The notes: generated from the letters alone by a model not told the origin. A DNA stretch of 64,000 bases from an uncultured Acidobacteriota bacterium (GCA_963764715.1 CAVXTP010000022.1:288001-352000), one strand, 5' to 3'; counted from the first letter of the stretch, positions 29,126 to 39,758 are shown. Translations and numbers: made by a program.

Positions 29126-29946
29126 GCGGCGGCGGGGATGCGCAGGATCTGCCGCGCCTCCTCGACCGAGGCCGGCTCGCGGCCCACCTCCCGGGCGATC
29201 CGGACGATCCGCTCGACGAACCGGGCGTTGGAGTCGGCGAGCTCGCCCTTGCGGTAGTAGATGTTGTCCTCGAACCCGACGCGCACGTGGCCTCCCATCG
29301 CGATCGCCATCGTGGCCATCGCGGTCTGCCGCCGCCCGATTCCGGCGACGGTCCAGGTGCATCCCGCCGGAATCGAGCGGGCGAAGTGCGCCAGGTTCTC
29401 GGCGGTGGCCGCGGCGGCCCCCGGAACGCCGAGGACGAAGTCGAAGTGGGCGGGCGGCTGGAGCTGCCCCTTCGAAAAGAGCATGTCGGCCGTGGCGAGC
29501 ATGCCGACGTCGAAGATCTCGAGCTCGGGCGTGATGCCGAACTTGCGGATGCGGGCGAGGATCGTGCGGATCGTCGGGAGCGAGTTCTCGAAGATCTCGT
29601 CGCCGAAGTTGCAGGTCCCGAGCGTCAGGGTCGCCATCTCGGGCTTGAGCTCGAGCGCCGCGATGCGCTCCTCGACGCCCATCCCGACGGCCCCGCCGGT
29701 CGAGAACTGCTGGAGGATGGGGCAGCGGGCGCGGATCGCGGACGAGTAGGCGCGGAACGTCTCGAGGTCCTGCGTCGGCGTGCCGTCCGGGCGCCGGCCG
29801 TGGACGTGGCCGATCGTCGCCCCCGCGGCGTGGGCCCGGGCGTACTCCTCGCCGACCTCGTCGGGCAGGAGGGGAAGATGCGGCTGCTGCTCCCGCATCA
29901 CTTCGGCGCCGACCCCGGCGACCGTGATCAGGAGGGCGTCGCTCAC
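29122..29946 (-). CDS. kce: 3-keto-5-aminohexanoate cleavage enzyme (BKACE/DUF849)
   Basis: [38 protein letters not shown]; cluster context. Confidence 0.88.
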   Translation of the reverse strand: MSDALLITVAGVGAEVMREQQPHLPLLPDEVGEEYARAHAAGATIGHVHGRRPDGTPTQDLETFRAYSSAIRARCPILQQFSTGGAVGMGVEERIAALELKPEMATLTLGTCNFGDEIFENSLPTIRTILARIRKFGITPELEIFDVGMLATADMLFSKGQLQPPAHFDFVLGVPGAAAATAENLAHFARSIPAGCTWTVAGIGRRQTAMATMAIAMGGHVRVGFEDNIYYRKGELADSNARFVERIVRIAREVGREPASVEEARQILRIPAAA

Positions 29947-30326
29947 CGCGGGGCCCGCTGCTTGTCGAGTGGAACGACGCAGGTTCCGGTGGCGCGGGCG
30001 ACGACCAGGGGCGGGTCGAGGACCTGCGCGGCCGATCCCCCGGAGGGCGCGATGACCTTGCGCGCCTCGAACCGAATCTGGCGGGACGTCCGGCCCGCGC
30101 CCGTCAGCTCGGCCTCGATTTCGAGGTAGTCGCCGCCGTGGACGGGAGCCAGGAACTCGACCGACGCATAGGCCCGAAAGAGGCCTTCGTCGCCGTCGCG
30201 CCGCACGAGGAGCTCCGTCGCGGCGTCGCCGAAGAGCTTGAGGACGAAGGCGCCGTCGACGAGGCCGCCGCCGTAGTGCGCCTGCTCGGCCCCGACCCGG
30301 AGGCGGAGCAGCACCCGGTCGCTCAC
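29943..30326 (-). CDS. kal: 3-aminobutyryl-CoA ammonia-lyase (hotdog fold)
   Basis: [44 protein letters not shown]. Confidence 0.88.
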   Translation of the reverse strand: MSDRVLLRLRVGAEQAHYGGGLVDGAFVLKLFGDAATELLVRRDGDEGLFRAYASVEFLAPVHGGDYLEIEAELTGAGRTSRQIRFEARKVIAPSGGSAAQVLDPPLVVARATGTCVVPLDKQRAPR

Positions 30327-31081
30327 GCTCCCGCCTCCGCGGGCCTCTGGCGGCGGGTGATCTCTTCGAGGAGGAAGCCGGCGACGCGGGAGGCCGTCGT
30401 GCCCGGGCCGAAGCCGGCGTCGTAGCCGAGCTCCTTGGCGAGCGCGTGGTCGATCCTCGCCCCGCCGGCGACGAGCACGACCCGGTCGCGCAGCCGTTCG
30501 GCCTCGAGCATGTCGACGAGGTCGGTCATGTGGCGGACGTGGATGTCGTTCTGCGTCACGGTCGCGGAGACGAGGACGGCGTCCGCCTTCGTCTCCCGGA
30601 TCTTCCGGGCGAGCTCGGCGACCGGGACCTGCGCCCCGAGGTTGCGAGCGTCGAAGCCGTGGTAACGCTCGAGGCCGTAATCGCCGGCGAAGCCCTTCAT
30701 GTTGAAGATGGCGTCGAGGCCCACGGTGTGGGCGTCGGACTCGAGGGCGCACCCGAGCACGACGAGCCGGCGGCCGAAACGGCGGGCGATCTCGGCGTCG
30801 ATCTCGTCGCGGGTCAGCGCGGCGGCGGGAGCCTCCTCGGCGGTGATCGACGCCACGTCGATGTCCTGCGTCGCGCGCCCGTAGACCACGAAATAGGTGA
30901 AGTCGGGCGCGATCGCCTCGGCGAGCGTGACGTAGGGCTCCCGCAGGCCCATCCGGGCGACGTAGCGCTTGGCGGCCTCGGTCGCGACCGCCGAGCGGGG
31001 GATCGGGAGCGTGAAGGAGACCTGCACGGCGCCGTCGCCCTTCTTGTCGCCGTACGGCCGGACGAGCCGCGGCGGGCTCAC
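30323..31081 (-). CDS. kamE: Lysine 5,6-aminomutase beta subunit (cobalamin-binding)
   Basis: PYGD-x2[10 protein letters not shown], DAHTVG (DxHxxG), [17 protein letters not shown]-lysine motif, GYDAGFGPG. Confidence 0.92.
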   Translation of the reverse strand: MSPPRLVRPYGDKKGDGAVQVSFTLPIPRSAVATEAAKRYVARMGLREPYVTLAEAIAPDFTYFVVYGRATQDIDVASITAEEAPAAALTRDEIDAEIARRFGRRLVVLGCALESDAHTVGLDAIFNMKGFAGDYGLERYHGFDARNLGAQVPVAELARKIRETKADAVLVSATVTQNDIHVRHMTDLVDMLEAERLRDRVVLVAGGARIDHALAKELGYDAGFGPGTTASRVAGFLLEEITRRQRPAEAGA

Positions 31082-32637
31082 GCGCGGGCTCCGGCCGGCG
31101 CCGGCGTCCAGGCCTCCATGAAGGGATTGGCGTAGCCGGCGTCCTTGCGCAGCACGCCGTCGTAGCCCCGGCCGCCGTCGCGGCGCCGGCGCGTGTCGGC
31201 GAAGACGCCTTCGGCCAGCGCCCCGAAGAGGCCGCGGCGGGCGACGTCCTGGAGGATCGCCTGCGCCCCGGCGAGGACGGCGCGGGCCCGGGCCACGATC
31301 CGGCCGTCGGGATCGAAGCGCAGCTCGTCGCGCAGGTGCCGGGCGTTCGACCGGATCGTCTTCATCTGGTCGATCGCGAGCCACCGGTCGTGGAGGAAGG
31401 GCGTGTGGAGGGCCTCGGTCAGCATCCCGAGCAGGTGGATCGACTGTCCCGTGGCGACCGACGTCAGCGCGAAGAGCGTGTTCTGCTGGTAACCCCGGAA
31501 AATGTTGCCGGTCATGTGCTTGGTCGGCGGCATGTACTTCAGGGGCGCGTCCGGGAAGATCTCGCGGGCGGCCTCGGCCTGGGCGATCTCGTAGAGCAGC
31601 CCGTCCTCGAGCGCCGGGTCGATCTCGAAGGCGTGGCCGAGGCCGATCTGCCAGTCTTCGAGTCCCGCGTCCTTCGCGAGACGCTCGTTGATGAACTGCG
31701 ACGCGAGGACGGCCGGGGCCTGCTCGACCGCGTCGGCCGTCGTGAGGTAGTTGTCCTCGCCCGTGTTGATCACGACGCCGGCGACCGCGTTGATGCGGCG
31801 CGAGAAGCTCTGGTCGATCAGGGTCCGCAGCGGGTTGATGTCGCGGAAGATGATGCCGTACAGCGCGTCGTTCAGCATCATGTCGAGGCGCTCGAGGGCG
31901 CCCATCGCCGCGATCTCCGGCATGCAGAGGCCCGAGCAGTAGTTGACGAGGCGGACGTACCGGCCGAGCTCGGGCTCGAGTGCGTCGAGGGCGGCGCGCA
32001 TGAGGCGGAAGTTCTCCTGCGTGGCGTAGGTCCCGCCGAAGCCCGAAGTCGTCGCGCCGTAGGGCACGTGGTCGAGGAGCGACTGCGCCGTCGAGCGGAT
32101 GACGGCGATGCACTGCGCGCCGGCCCGCGCCGCGGCCTCGGCCTGGACCACGTCCTCGTGGATGTTGCCGGTCGCGACGATCGCGTAGAGGAGAGGGAGC
32201 TCCTCCGGCGGATGGCTCGCCTGCCGGCGCTCCCGCTCGGCGCGGTTGGCGCGCACGCGGGCGAGCGTCGACTCGACGTGGCGGGCGACGGCGTCCCGCC
32301 AACGGGGGTGCTCCGCCTGGGCCTCGGCCCGGCGGGGGTCCGAGAGCCGGGCCGCGGCTTCCGCGACCGTCGAAGCGTCCGAGGCGAGTGCGCTTCCCAT
32401 CCACACGGCGGCGCCGCGTCCGAGCTTGCCGCACTCCTGGAGGGCCTCGACGACGCGGTTGGGAACCGGGACCTCCTCGGCGTCGACGCCGTCGACTCCG
32501 AGCAGGCGCAGGACCGTCCGTTCGGTCGCGACGGTGGTGAAGGGCTCGGTCTCGAGGCGGACGCCGTCGGCGACCTGCCGGCCGAGACGCCGGCAGTCCT
32601 CGATCGTTTCTCGAGAGAGGCCCAGTTTCGAGGCCAT
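31078..32637 (-). CDS. kamD: Lysine 5,6-aminomutase alpha subunit
   Basis: [62 protein letters not shown]. Confidence 0.93.
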   Translation of the reverse strand: MASKLGLSRETIEDCRRLGRQVADGVRLETEPFTTVATERTVLRLLGVDGVDAEEVPVPNRVVEALQECGKLGRGAAVWMGSALASDASTVAEAAARLSDPRRAEAQAEHPRWRDAVARHVESTLARVRANRAERERRQASHPPEELPLLYAIVATGNIHEDVVQAEAAARAGAQCIAVIRSTAQSLLDHVPYGATTSGFGGTYATQENFRLMRAALDALEPELGRYVRLVNYCSGLCMPEIAAMGALERLDMMLNDALYGIIFRDINPLRTLIDQSFSRRINAVAGVVINTGEDNYLTTADAVEQAPAVLASQFINERLAKDAGLEDWQIGLGHAFEIDPALEDGLLYEIAQAEAAREIFPDAPLKYMPPTKHMTGNIFRGYQQNTLFALTSVATGQSIHLLGMLTEALHTPFLHDRWLAIDQMKTIRSNARHLRDELRFDPDGRIVARARAVLAGAQAILQDVARRGLFGALAEGVFADTRRRRDGGRGYDGVLRKDAGYANPFMEAWTPAPAGARA

Positions 32638-32665
32638 CGGCGGCGAAAGTATAGCCGCCCCGATT

Positions 32666-33571
32666 CTATGACCGGAGGTCAGCGACGAGATCGAAGATCG
32701 GCGGCCCGGGGATCTCGCGGGCGACGGCCTCGAGGAACTTCGCGGCCGGCAAGGGCGGACGCGCCGGCGCCGTGGGGTTGACGGTCACGGCCAGGAGACG
32801 CGCGGGACGCCGCACCGCGAGCGCGACGCCGGTCTCCGCGAGCCGGCGGCGAAACCCGGGGGAGAGGAAGTACGCCGTGAAGTCCTCGCCGACGAGGGTG
32901 TCGCCGGGCGCCGGGGGGTCTTCGCCGAGCGCGAGCTCGGTGATCGCGCCCGGCCGCTCCCGGACCCGGGCGCCGGGCGCCGGAGGCCCGAGGCCGATGA
33001 GCTCGGCGGCCGACCGCGCCGCCGCGAGGACCGACGGGAGCGAGTCGCCGGCCGACATGCCGACCGAAAGAACGATGCCGTCGCAGACCCGCCCGGCCGC
33101 GAAGGCCCGGCGGCCGACGGCGCCGTCGAGAAGAACGACGGCCGCGCCCGCGGCCTCGAGCTCCGCCGCGGTGCGCGCGAGCTCCGAGGCGGTGGACGGA
33201 CCGATGACCTCGAGCTCGCCTTCGCCCTCGGCCCGGCGAAGCTCCACCGGACCGAACCGCGTCGCGAAGGGGAGGGTCGCGATCGGCGCCAGGGGAAACG
33301 CGGCCGCCTCGAACGTCGTTCGGGCCGAGGCGACGAGCTGCCCGGGAAAGACGCGGAACCGGGGCTTGGGCTCTCCCGTGATCGCGTCGAACTCCTCGCC
33401 GTCCCGTCCCGCCGAGGTCGTGGCCGCGGGAACGCCCGCGCGATGAAGCTCGGCGAGAACGGCCGTGAGGGCGGTCGTCTTGCCGGCGTTCTTGGCGAGA
33501 CCGAGAAAGGCGATGCGCCGCGCGCCGGACTCGCGCAGGAGCGAGGCCAGGGCCTGCGCGGCGACGCTCAC
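32666..33571 (-). CDS. KamB-like P-loop protein (putative aminomutase accessory/reactivating factor)
   Basis: GLAKNAGKTT, TSAGRDGE, LLDGAVGRR; lies between kdd and kamD. Confidence 0.65.
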   Translation of the reverse strand: MSVAAQALASLLRESGARRIAFLGLAKNAGKTTALTAVLAELHRAGVPAATTSAGRDGEEFDAITGEPKPRFRVFPGQLVASARTTFEAAAFPLAPIATLPFATRFGPVELRRAEGEGELEVIGPSTASELARTAAELEAAGAAVVLLDGAVGRRAFAAGRVCDGIVLSVGMSAGDSLPSVLAAARSAAELIGLGPPAPGARVRERPGAITELALGEDPPAPGDTLVGEDFTAYFLSPGFRRRLAETGVALAVRRPARLLAVTVNPTAPARPPLPAAKFLEAVAREIPGPPIFDLVADLRS

Positions 33572-33575
33572 GCGC

Positions 33576-34622
33576 TCACGCGCCCGGCCGGCCCGCGAGG
33601 TCCGCGAAGGCCCGGGCGAGCGCGGGATGGCGGCGAAGGAGGTCGAGAGCGAGGCCGTCGTGGCCGGGAACGAAGCCGTTCCCGATCGCGAGCCGCGTGG
33701 GCTTCGCGAGGCCCTCGGCGCCGAGGGCGGCGGCCGAGAACGACGTCGCCATGCCGAAGAACACGACGGTGCCGTCGTCCCGGGCGCAGAGGACGCTCGC
33801 GGCCTCGGTCCCCGAGGCGTTGGCGACGTTGACGACGAGGTCCGCCAGCCCGCCGGAGGTCGCAGTCTCGATCGCCGAGAGCATGGCCACCGGATCGCGG
33901 GCGTCGACCGAGAAGACCTCGTCGGCGAAGCCGAGGCCCCGGGCGCGGTCGGCGGCCGCCCGGCCCGGCTCGACCGCGAGGACACGCCCGTTTCCGCCGA
34001 CGGCCTCGCGCGCCGCCGCCAGGCACAGGAGACCCGCCTTGCCCGTCCCGATGACGAGGATGGTCTGCCCGGCCTTCGCGTCGCGCCGGACCGCGGCGGG
34101 CGCGCCGGCGACGTCGAAGGCGGCGAGCGCGACCTCCTCCGGGAAATCGTCGGGAAGGCGGGCGAAGAGCGTGCGCGCGAAGAGGATCGCCGTGCCGCGG
34201 GCCTCCACGCGCTCGGTCTCGACGTGCACCGCGCCGATCGAGTCCAGGGACAGGGGCGTCAGGGTCAGGGAGACGAGGGTCGCGATCGGCGTGCCGGGGA
34301 GGAGGTTGCCGGCGGCGGGGTGGCGGGGACCGACCGTCGCGACCTCGCCGAGAAGCATGCCGCCCGAGCCCGTGACCGGGTTCTGCATCTTGCCGCGCTC
34401 GCGCACGATGCGGACGATCTGGTCGCGCACGGTCTCGCCCGTCGAGGCCTCCGCCTCGCGGAGCTGCCGGAACGAGGCGGAGTCGATCGAGAGCGCGCGC
34501 ACCGAAACGGCGATCTCGTTCTCGAGCGCGCGCGGCGTCGCGTCGAGGCGCCGCGCCAGCTGCGGAAGGACGCCCGGGGGATCGAGCGAGCGGTGGAGCC
34601 CGAAGGGATGGGGCGCCGTCAT
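33576..34622 (-). CDS. kdd: L-erythro-3,5-diaminohexanoate dehydrogenase
   Basis: FGLHR-x-PPGVLPQ, IDSASF, RGKMQNPVTGSGGML, ATLVSLTLTPL, DVAGAPA, AALGAEG. Confidence 0.92.
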   Translation of the reverse strand: MTAPHPFGLHRSLDPPGVLPQLARRLDATPRALENEIAVSVRALSIDSASFRQLREAEASTGETVRDQIVRIVRERGKMQNPVTGSGGMLLGEVATVGPRHPAAGNLLPGTPIATLVSLTLTPLSLDSIGAVHVETERVEARGTAILFARTLFARLPDDFPEEVALAAFDVAGAPAAVRRDAKAGQTILVIGTGKAGLLCLAAAREAVGGNGRVLAVEPGRAAADRARGLGFADEVFSVDARDPVAMLSAIETATSGGLADLVVNVANASGTEAASVLCARDDGTVVFFGMATSFSAAALGAEGLAKPTRLAIGNGFVPGHDGLALDLLRRHPALARAFADLAGRPGA

Positions 34623-34632
34623 CGGGCCCGCG

Positions 34633-35436
34633 TCACGGCACGAGGCCGACGATCCGCAGGGGCCCGCCCGAGCCCCCGGCGATCTTCATCGGAAGGGCGA
34701 TGACCCAGGCGCCCCATTCCGGAAGGTCCTCGAGGTGGGCGACGTTCTCGAGGCCGAAGACGTCGGCCCCGTTCGCGATGACGTGGACGACGAAGTCCCT
34801 GGACGCGCCGTAGTCGATCGAGGCCGTGTCGACCCCGAGCGCTCCGACCTTGCGCTCCGACACGAGATAGCGGGCCGCCTCCTCGCCGTAGGACGGGAAG
34901 TGGAGCTTCGAGGCGTCGCCCGGCGTGTCGTCGCCGAGGTAGGCCTTGCGGTCGGGCCAGCGGGCGCTCCACCCGGTCCGCAGGAGGACGATGGCGCCGG
35001 CGGGCACCGGGCCGTGGGCCTTCTCCCAGGCCTTCACGTCCTCGAGTCGAAGGCGGTAGTCCGGATTCTTCGCGGCCGCGTCGCGGACGTCGATCACGGC
35101 GGCCGGCGCGATGAGGCGCCGGACGGGGATCTTGTCGGCCGTCTGGCCGGCCTCGGCGAAGTGGCTCGGCGCGTCGAGGTGCGTCCCGCCGTGCTCGGGC
35201 GTGCAGAAGGTGTTCGACCGGTAGAACCAGCCGCCCGGCGTTTTCCCGTCCGCGAGCGACTTGAGCTCGAAGGCCGAGGGCGAGGTCGGCCAGTAGAGCG
35301 TCTTGTCGTCGAAGGGATGCGTCAGGTCGACGACCTTCGCCGTCGCGAGGTCGGGCGGCTTCGGCGAGCCGGCGGCCGACGCGGAGGCGGCGGCGGCGAG
35401 AATCGCGGCGATCGCGAGGGCGCGGCGCATGATCAC
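34633..35436 (-). CDS. Secreted cyclase-family metal-dependent hydrolase (kynurenine formamidase-like)
   Basis: Signal peptide; DLTH, EHGGTHLDAPSHF, LLRTGW, GVDTASID, GLENV, PMKIAGGSGGPLR. Confidence 0.85.
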   Translation of the reverse strand: MIMRRALAIAAILAAAASASAAGSPKPPDLATAKVVDLTHPFDDKTLYWPTSPSAFELKSLADGKTPGGWFYRSNTFCTPEHGGTHLDAPSHFAEAGQTADKIPVRRLIAPAAVIDVRDAAAKNPDYRLRLEDVKAWEKAHGPVPAGAIVLLRTGWSARWPDRKAYLGDDTPGDASKLHFPSYGEEAARYLVSERKVGALGVDTASIDYGASRDFVVHVIANGADVFGLENVAHLEDLPEWGAWVIALPMKIAGGSGGPLRIVGLVP

Positions 35437-36386
35437 TCCTCGGCGGCGCCGCCCGCCCGGGCGAGCTGCTCGGGCTTGACGGACTCCGCCTTGAACTTCC
35501 TGGCCGAGGCCAGCATCTTGTCGAGCGTCTCGTCGAAGTCGGCCTTCGCGCCCCGCTGGAACCGGAGCGGGTTGATGCGCGCGACGACGAAGGTCCGCAG
35601 GTACGGGCTGTCGAAGCCCTTCTCCTTGAGCGCCTTCATCGCGGCCGCGACGGCCTCCTCGAGCTCCATGAGCCTCGCCGCGCGTTCGGCCCGGACCTCG
35701 AGCGACTTCGCGAGCGGCTTGGCGAGAAACGCGTCGACGCGCTTCAGGAGCGGATGGTAGGCGCCGCCGGCGAAGCGGCCGTTCTTCTCGTAACAGACGC
35801 CGAGCGTCAGGAACGCGGCCTCCTCGAACTCGAGCGCGTAGTCCTTCTCGGCGAGATCGCCGGCGGCGAGGTCGCGCGCCATGCGGATGACCTCGAGCGA
35901 CTTCTCCCGGAGGTTGTGGGCCTTCTCGGTGTTCAAGGCCAGGATTTTGTAGGCGATCTCGGGCTCGGGGAGGACGAGCGCGGTGATGGAGCGGGCGCCG
36001 AGGTTGCGTAGCGCCGCGAGGCGGTGGTGCCCGTTGGGCGTCCGGTACACGCCGTCGCTTCCGCGCACCGCGATGATCGGGTCGAGGAAACGGCCGAGGG
36101 CGTCGATCACGCCCGTGAGGCGCTTGACGTGCGACTCCGAGAGGTCACGCTGGAAGGCCGTCGGCTCGACCTTCTCGATGGGGAGCGAGGCGAGGAGCTG
36201 CCAGTGCCCGCCGAGAGGATCGCGGTAGAGCGCCAGGGCCGCGCCGCCGTCCCCGCGGACCGCGTCGGCGAGCGCCGCCGCCGCCGGGGGTGGCGTTCCC
36301 GCCGCCGCTTCGGCGGCTTCGAGGCCGCGGGACTTCGAGTCGGCCTTCTTGCGTCGCTTGCCGGCCATGCGAGCGGATGCTTTCAC
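35433..36386 (-). CDS. ParB/Srx N-terminal domain protein (orphan)
   Basis: PTAFQRDLS, FLDPII, TPNGHHRLAAL, ALNTEKAHNL. Confidence 0.75.
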   Translation of the reverse strand: MKASARMAGKRRKKADSKSRGLEAAEAAAGTPPPAAAALADAVRGDGGAALALYRDPLGGHWQLLASLPIEKVEPTAFQRDLSESHVKRLTGVIDALGRFLDPIIAVRGSDGVYRTPNGHHRLAALRNLGARSITALVLPEPEIAYKILALNTEKAHNLREKSLEVIRMARDLAAGDLAEKDYALEFEEAAFLTLGVCYEKNGRFAGGAYHPLLKRVDAFLAKPLAKSLEVRAERAARLMELEEAVAAAMKALKEKGFDSPYLRTFVVARINPLRFQRGAKADFDETLDKMLASARKFKAESVKPEQLARAGGAAEE

Positions 36387-36422
36387 GGGTCGGCGGCCCG
36401 CGTCGAGGCCTCGTCGGAGCTT

Positions 36423-38630
36423 CTACCAGGCGATCAGGCCGTCGGCCGCCTGCTCCTGCAGGTACCGTTCGACCATCGCCGGCGTCGTCTCCCCGTAGTA
36501 CCACCAGCCGGCAGCGAGCGCCTCGGCGCAGACGCGTCGGGCGATCTCCGCGGCGTTCGTCCTGCCGTCGATCCAGGCCATGGCGGCCGTGCCCATGAGG
36601 GCCGAGAGCTTCGGGGAATCGTCGCCGGTCGGGACGGGAGCGGTCTTCGCGCCGGCTTTCGGGTTCCGCCGCGCGGCCTCGGCGGCCTCCCGGCGCTCGC
36701 GCTCGGCGCGCTTGTCGGCGGCGCGTTTGTCGGCCACGCGCTTCTCGAGGGCCATCCACGCGTCGAGCGTCGTCACGGCGAAGCGGGGCGTCCGGGTCGC
36801 GAGGCGCGCGAGCACCGGGTCCTCCGCCGACGGGCGGGCCGGAAGGCGCGCGGCGAGGGCGGTTCCCGTCGCCCGGACGGCCTCGGCGCTCGCGGTGACC
36901 GCGGACCCGGAATCGGCCCCGATCGACCGGGCGGACTCGACGGCCGCCGCCTCGATCCCGGCCGCGACCGCGAGGAGGTCCGCGGCCGCCCGCCGGCGCT
37001 CGTCGTCGGTGCCTTTTCCGTCGCGCAGCCAGGTCTGGGCGGCGGCGAGGTTCGCCGCCAGGCGCCCGCTTGCCCGCGCGGAGACGAAGGCCGCGAGGAA
37101 CGGGACGTCCTTCGCGTCGGCGTTGGCGAGCCACCAGGCCGTCGCCGCGACCACGAAGGCGTTGCGCTTCAACTGCGTCGGGTCGATCTGCCACAGGTCG
37201 TCCCCGGAGGAGTGGATGTACTCGTCCGGCCAGTTGGTCAGCGTCGTGCCGGGCACCTTCACCCATGGATCGTTGAACACGAGGTGGTCGGTCGAGTCGA
37301 AGTAGGGGACCGCCTTCGCGCGGTAGGGCTCCCGCGTTCCGAGGCGCGAAAGGATCGGCTTCGAGAAGGGCGAACCGGCCGGCGGCGTCTGCGCCTGCCA
37401 GGCGGCCAGGTACGCGTTGTTCCCCTCGACGACGGCTTCGAGGATGCTCTGCTGGACGTCGGAGAGGAAGGACGGCCGAGACCACGGCGTGCGGGCCATG
37501 TACTCCGTGCGGTGCCCGTCGGACTGCTTCGCGCCGACCATGTCCTGGTTGAGGTTGGCGAGGAACGTCTTCTCCTCGCCGGGATGGTCGGCAAAGTACC
37601 GGTACTCGGAATAGATCTCGTCGGCCCACCAGAAGCGGATCCCGCGGCGGGGGCGGGGGAGCTTGCCGTCGGCGATCAGCCGCGTCAGCGCGCGGCCGAT
37701 CTCGAGCACGTTCGCGACGCCGGACTGGTCGTCGTTGGCCGAGAACTTCTCCTCCTGGAGGTGCGCCGTCAGGACGATCTCCGGGAGCGAGGGATCGGTG
37801 CCCGGGATGCGCGCCTCGACCATCGCGGTCTTGCGCTCGGGCAGGACGACCGAGTCGATCGCGACGCGGACGTTCATGGGCTGCGGGGGCTTCGCCTCGC
37901 CCGCGCCCCAGCGACGCGCTTCCTCGCCCCGCATCCGGTCGGACAGGGCCTTGCCCTGGCGGGCCGAAATCACGATCGCGAAGGTCGTCTTCTCGCCCTT
38001 CGGGCCGTCGTGGTCGGGGACCGAGGTCCATCCGACCTGGTCGGCCGAGTCGGCGAGGGCGTTGAGGCGCGAAGAGGACCACGAGAGGATCCCCGCCGCC
38101 CCGCGCTTCCAGACGGCCTGCTCCATGACGAGCCCGACGCTGCCGTAGGCCAGGACGATCCTGCCGCGCACGTCCTTGCCGGTGTAGTCGGCCGGGGTCT
38201 CGCCCGCGCCCACGTCGACGAGCTCGGCCGTGACGGACGCCGGTCGGGAGTTGTCGGCGATCGACGTCGCGACCTCGGCATAGGACGCGATCTTCGTTTC
38301 GACCTGGCTCCCGGAAGGGCCCTCGAGAAGCCAGGCCTCGGCGCTCCGGCAGGTCCAGTTGGGCTCCTGTGCGACCTGGTCGATCCAGCGGACGTTCTGG
38401 AGCCCCGCCGCCTTCGCCCGGGCTTCGACCTCGCGGGCGACCGCGAAGAACCCCTCCGAGCCGGAGGGCTTGTGCCACTGCGTCGTGATGCGGAGGGTCT
38501 CGAAGGCGAGGTCGCCCGAGAGCTCGTTGACGAGCGCCCGTTCGGTCTTCGCGTCGACGAAGGGCGAGCTCTGGGCGAGACCGACGACGGGCAGGAGGAT
38601 GGCGAGGATACCGAGGACCGTCTTACGCAT
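36423..38630 (-). CDS. Secreted M28-family aminopeptidase-like protein with PA domain
   Basis: Signal peptide; LTAHL, ANDDQSG, WADEI, NQDMVG, STDH, IHSSGD. Confidence 0.75.
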   Translation of the reverse strand: MRKTVLGILAILLPVVGLAQSSPFVDAKTERALVNELSGDLAFETLRITTQWHKPSGSEGFFAVAREVEARAKAAGLQNVRWIDQVAQEPNWTCRSAEAWLLEGPSGSQVETKIASYAEVATSIADNSRPASVTAELVDVGAGETPADYTGKDVRGRIVLAYGSVGLVMEQAVWKRGAAGILSWSSSRLNALADSADQVGWTSVPDHDGPKGEKTTFAIVISARQGKALSDRMRGEEARRWGAGEAKPPQPMNVRVAIDSVVLPERKTAMVEARIPGTDPSLPEIVLTAHLQEEKFSANDDQSGVANVLEIGRALTRLIADGKLPRPRRGIRFWWADEIYSEYRYFADHPGEEKTFLANLNQDMVGAKQSDGHRTEYMARTPWSRPSFLSDVQQSILEAVVEGNNAYLAAWQAQTPPAGSPFSKPILSRLGTREPYRAKAVPYFDSTDHLVFNDPWVKVPGTTLTNWPDEYIHSSGDDLWQIDPTQLKRNAFVVAATAWWLANADAKDVPFLAAFVSARASGRLAANLAAAQTWLRDGKGTDDERRRAAADLLAVAAGIEAAAVESARSIGADSGSAVTASAEAVRATGTALAARLPARPSAEDPVLARLATRTPRFAVTTLDAWMALEKRVADKRAADKRAERERREAAEAARRNPKAGAKTAPVPTGDDSPKLSALMGTAAMAWIDGRTNAAEIARRVCAEALAAGWWYYGETTPAMVERYLQEQAADGLIAW

Positions 38631-38699
38631 GTTCGCTCCGCTTCAAGATTGTCTGGGCGCGAACTCTACCCCACGTCCCCGGCGGGCGGACGGTGTGCG

Positions 38700-39758
38700 T
38701 CAGCGCATCTTGATCTGCGCGTAGGCGCCCTTGACGACCCCGTCGAAGGTGCCGTCGAAGGCCTCGCCCTCCTCGACGCTCGTGCCGGCGAACCGCGTGC
38801 GCCAGGCCTCGACGTCGAAGCTCTTCGGGAAACCGTCCTGCACTTCCTCGAGCGTCCTGCCGGCGTCGACTTCCTTCTCCATGGCGGCGTCGACGGCCTC
38901 GAGAAACTCGGCGACCTGGAAGACGTACGCCTTGTCCCGCAGGATCTCGCCGTGGCCAGGCACGATCGTCTGCGCGTCGAGCTCGGCCATCGCCCGGAGC
39001 GTCTTCGGATGGTCGACCGGGAATCCGCCGAAGAGGTACGGAACCGGGTGCACCAGGAGGTCGCCCGTGATCAGGATCTTCTCCTTCGGAAGGTACGCGA
39101 TGGCGTCGCCCGCCGTGTTGCCGCGGCCGAGGAACCGGAGCTCGACCAGGCGGTTTCCGAGGTCGATCGCGAGCTCCTTGTCGAACGCGACGTTCGGCGG
39201 GACCTGGACCGCGTCGCGGAACTCGGCCACGACCGGAGCGAGGCCGGCGAGCGAGCGCTCGTAGTCCTTGCGGTCGCCCTCCGAGAGGGGCCGGCCGTCG
39301 GGCCCCTTTCCCGAATCGAGGATCTTGCGGAAGCGCTCGGCGCGCGACGGATAGCGCACCAGGACGCCCGGGTTATAGCCGGCGATCGTCCGCTGGGTCG
39401 GCCGCGTCGCGACGATCTGGACGGCCGGGAAGGCCGCCCGGTAGGTCGCGTTTCCGAGCGTGTGGTCGAAGTGCCAGTGGGTGTTGAGGAGCCAGGTCAC
39501 GGGCTTGTCGGTCCACTCGTGGATCTGCGCGACGTCCTCCCGCGCGGTCGAGGGCAGGAGGGCCGAGTCGACGACGAGGACGCCGCGGTCCCCGATCACG
39601 ACCGTCGTGTTGCTCTGGGGGAAGGTGTCGGGAGCGTCCGGGTGGCGGATCTCGTAGACGCCGTCGGCGAGCTTCGTGACGGTCCGGGTCTTCGTCGCGG
39701 TCGTGTCGGCCCGCAGAACGGCCGCGGCGGACAGGAGCAGCAGGAAAGCGCGTTTCAT
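38700..39758 (-). CDS. Secreted MBL-fold metallo-hydrolase
   Basis: Signal peptide; VVDS, NTHWHFDHTLGN, TGDL, VPGHG. Confidence 0.85.
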   Translation of the reverse strand: MKRAFLLLLSAAAVLRADTTATKTRTVTKLADGVYEIRHPDAPDTFPQSNTTVVIGDRGVLVVDSALLPSTAREDVAQIHEWTDKPVTWLLNTHWHFDHTLGNATYRAAFPAVQIVATRPTQRTIAGYNPGVLVRYPSRAERFRKILDSGKGPDGRPLSEGDRKDYERSLAGLAPVVAEFRDAVQVPPNVAFDKELAIDLGNRLVELRFLGRGNTAGDAIAYLPKEKILITGDLLVHPVPYLFGGFPVDHPKTLRAMAELDAQTIVPGHGEILRDKAYVFQVAEFLEAVDAAMEKEVDAGRTLEEVQDGFPKSFDVEAWRTRFAGTSVEEGEAFDGTFDGVVKGAYAQIKMR

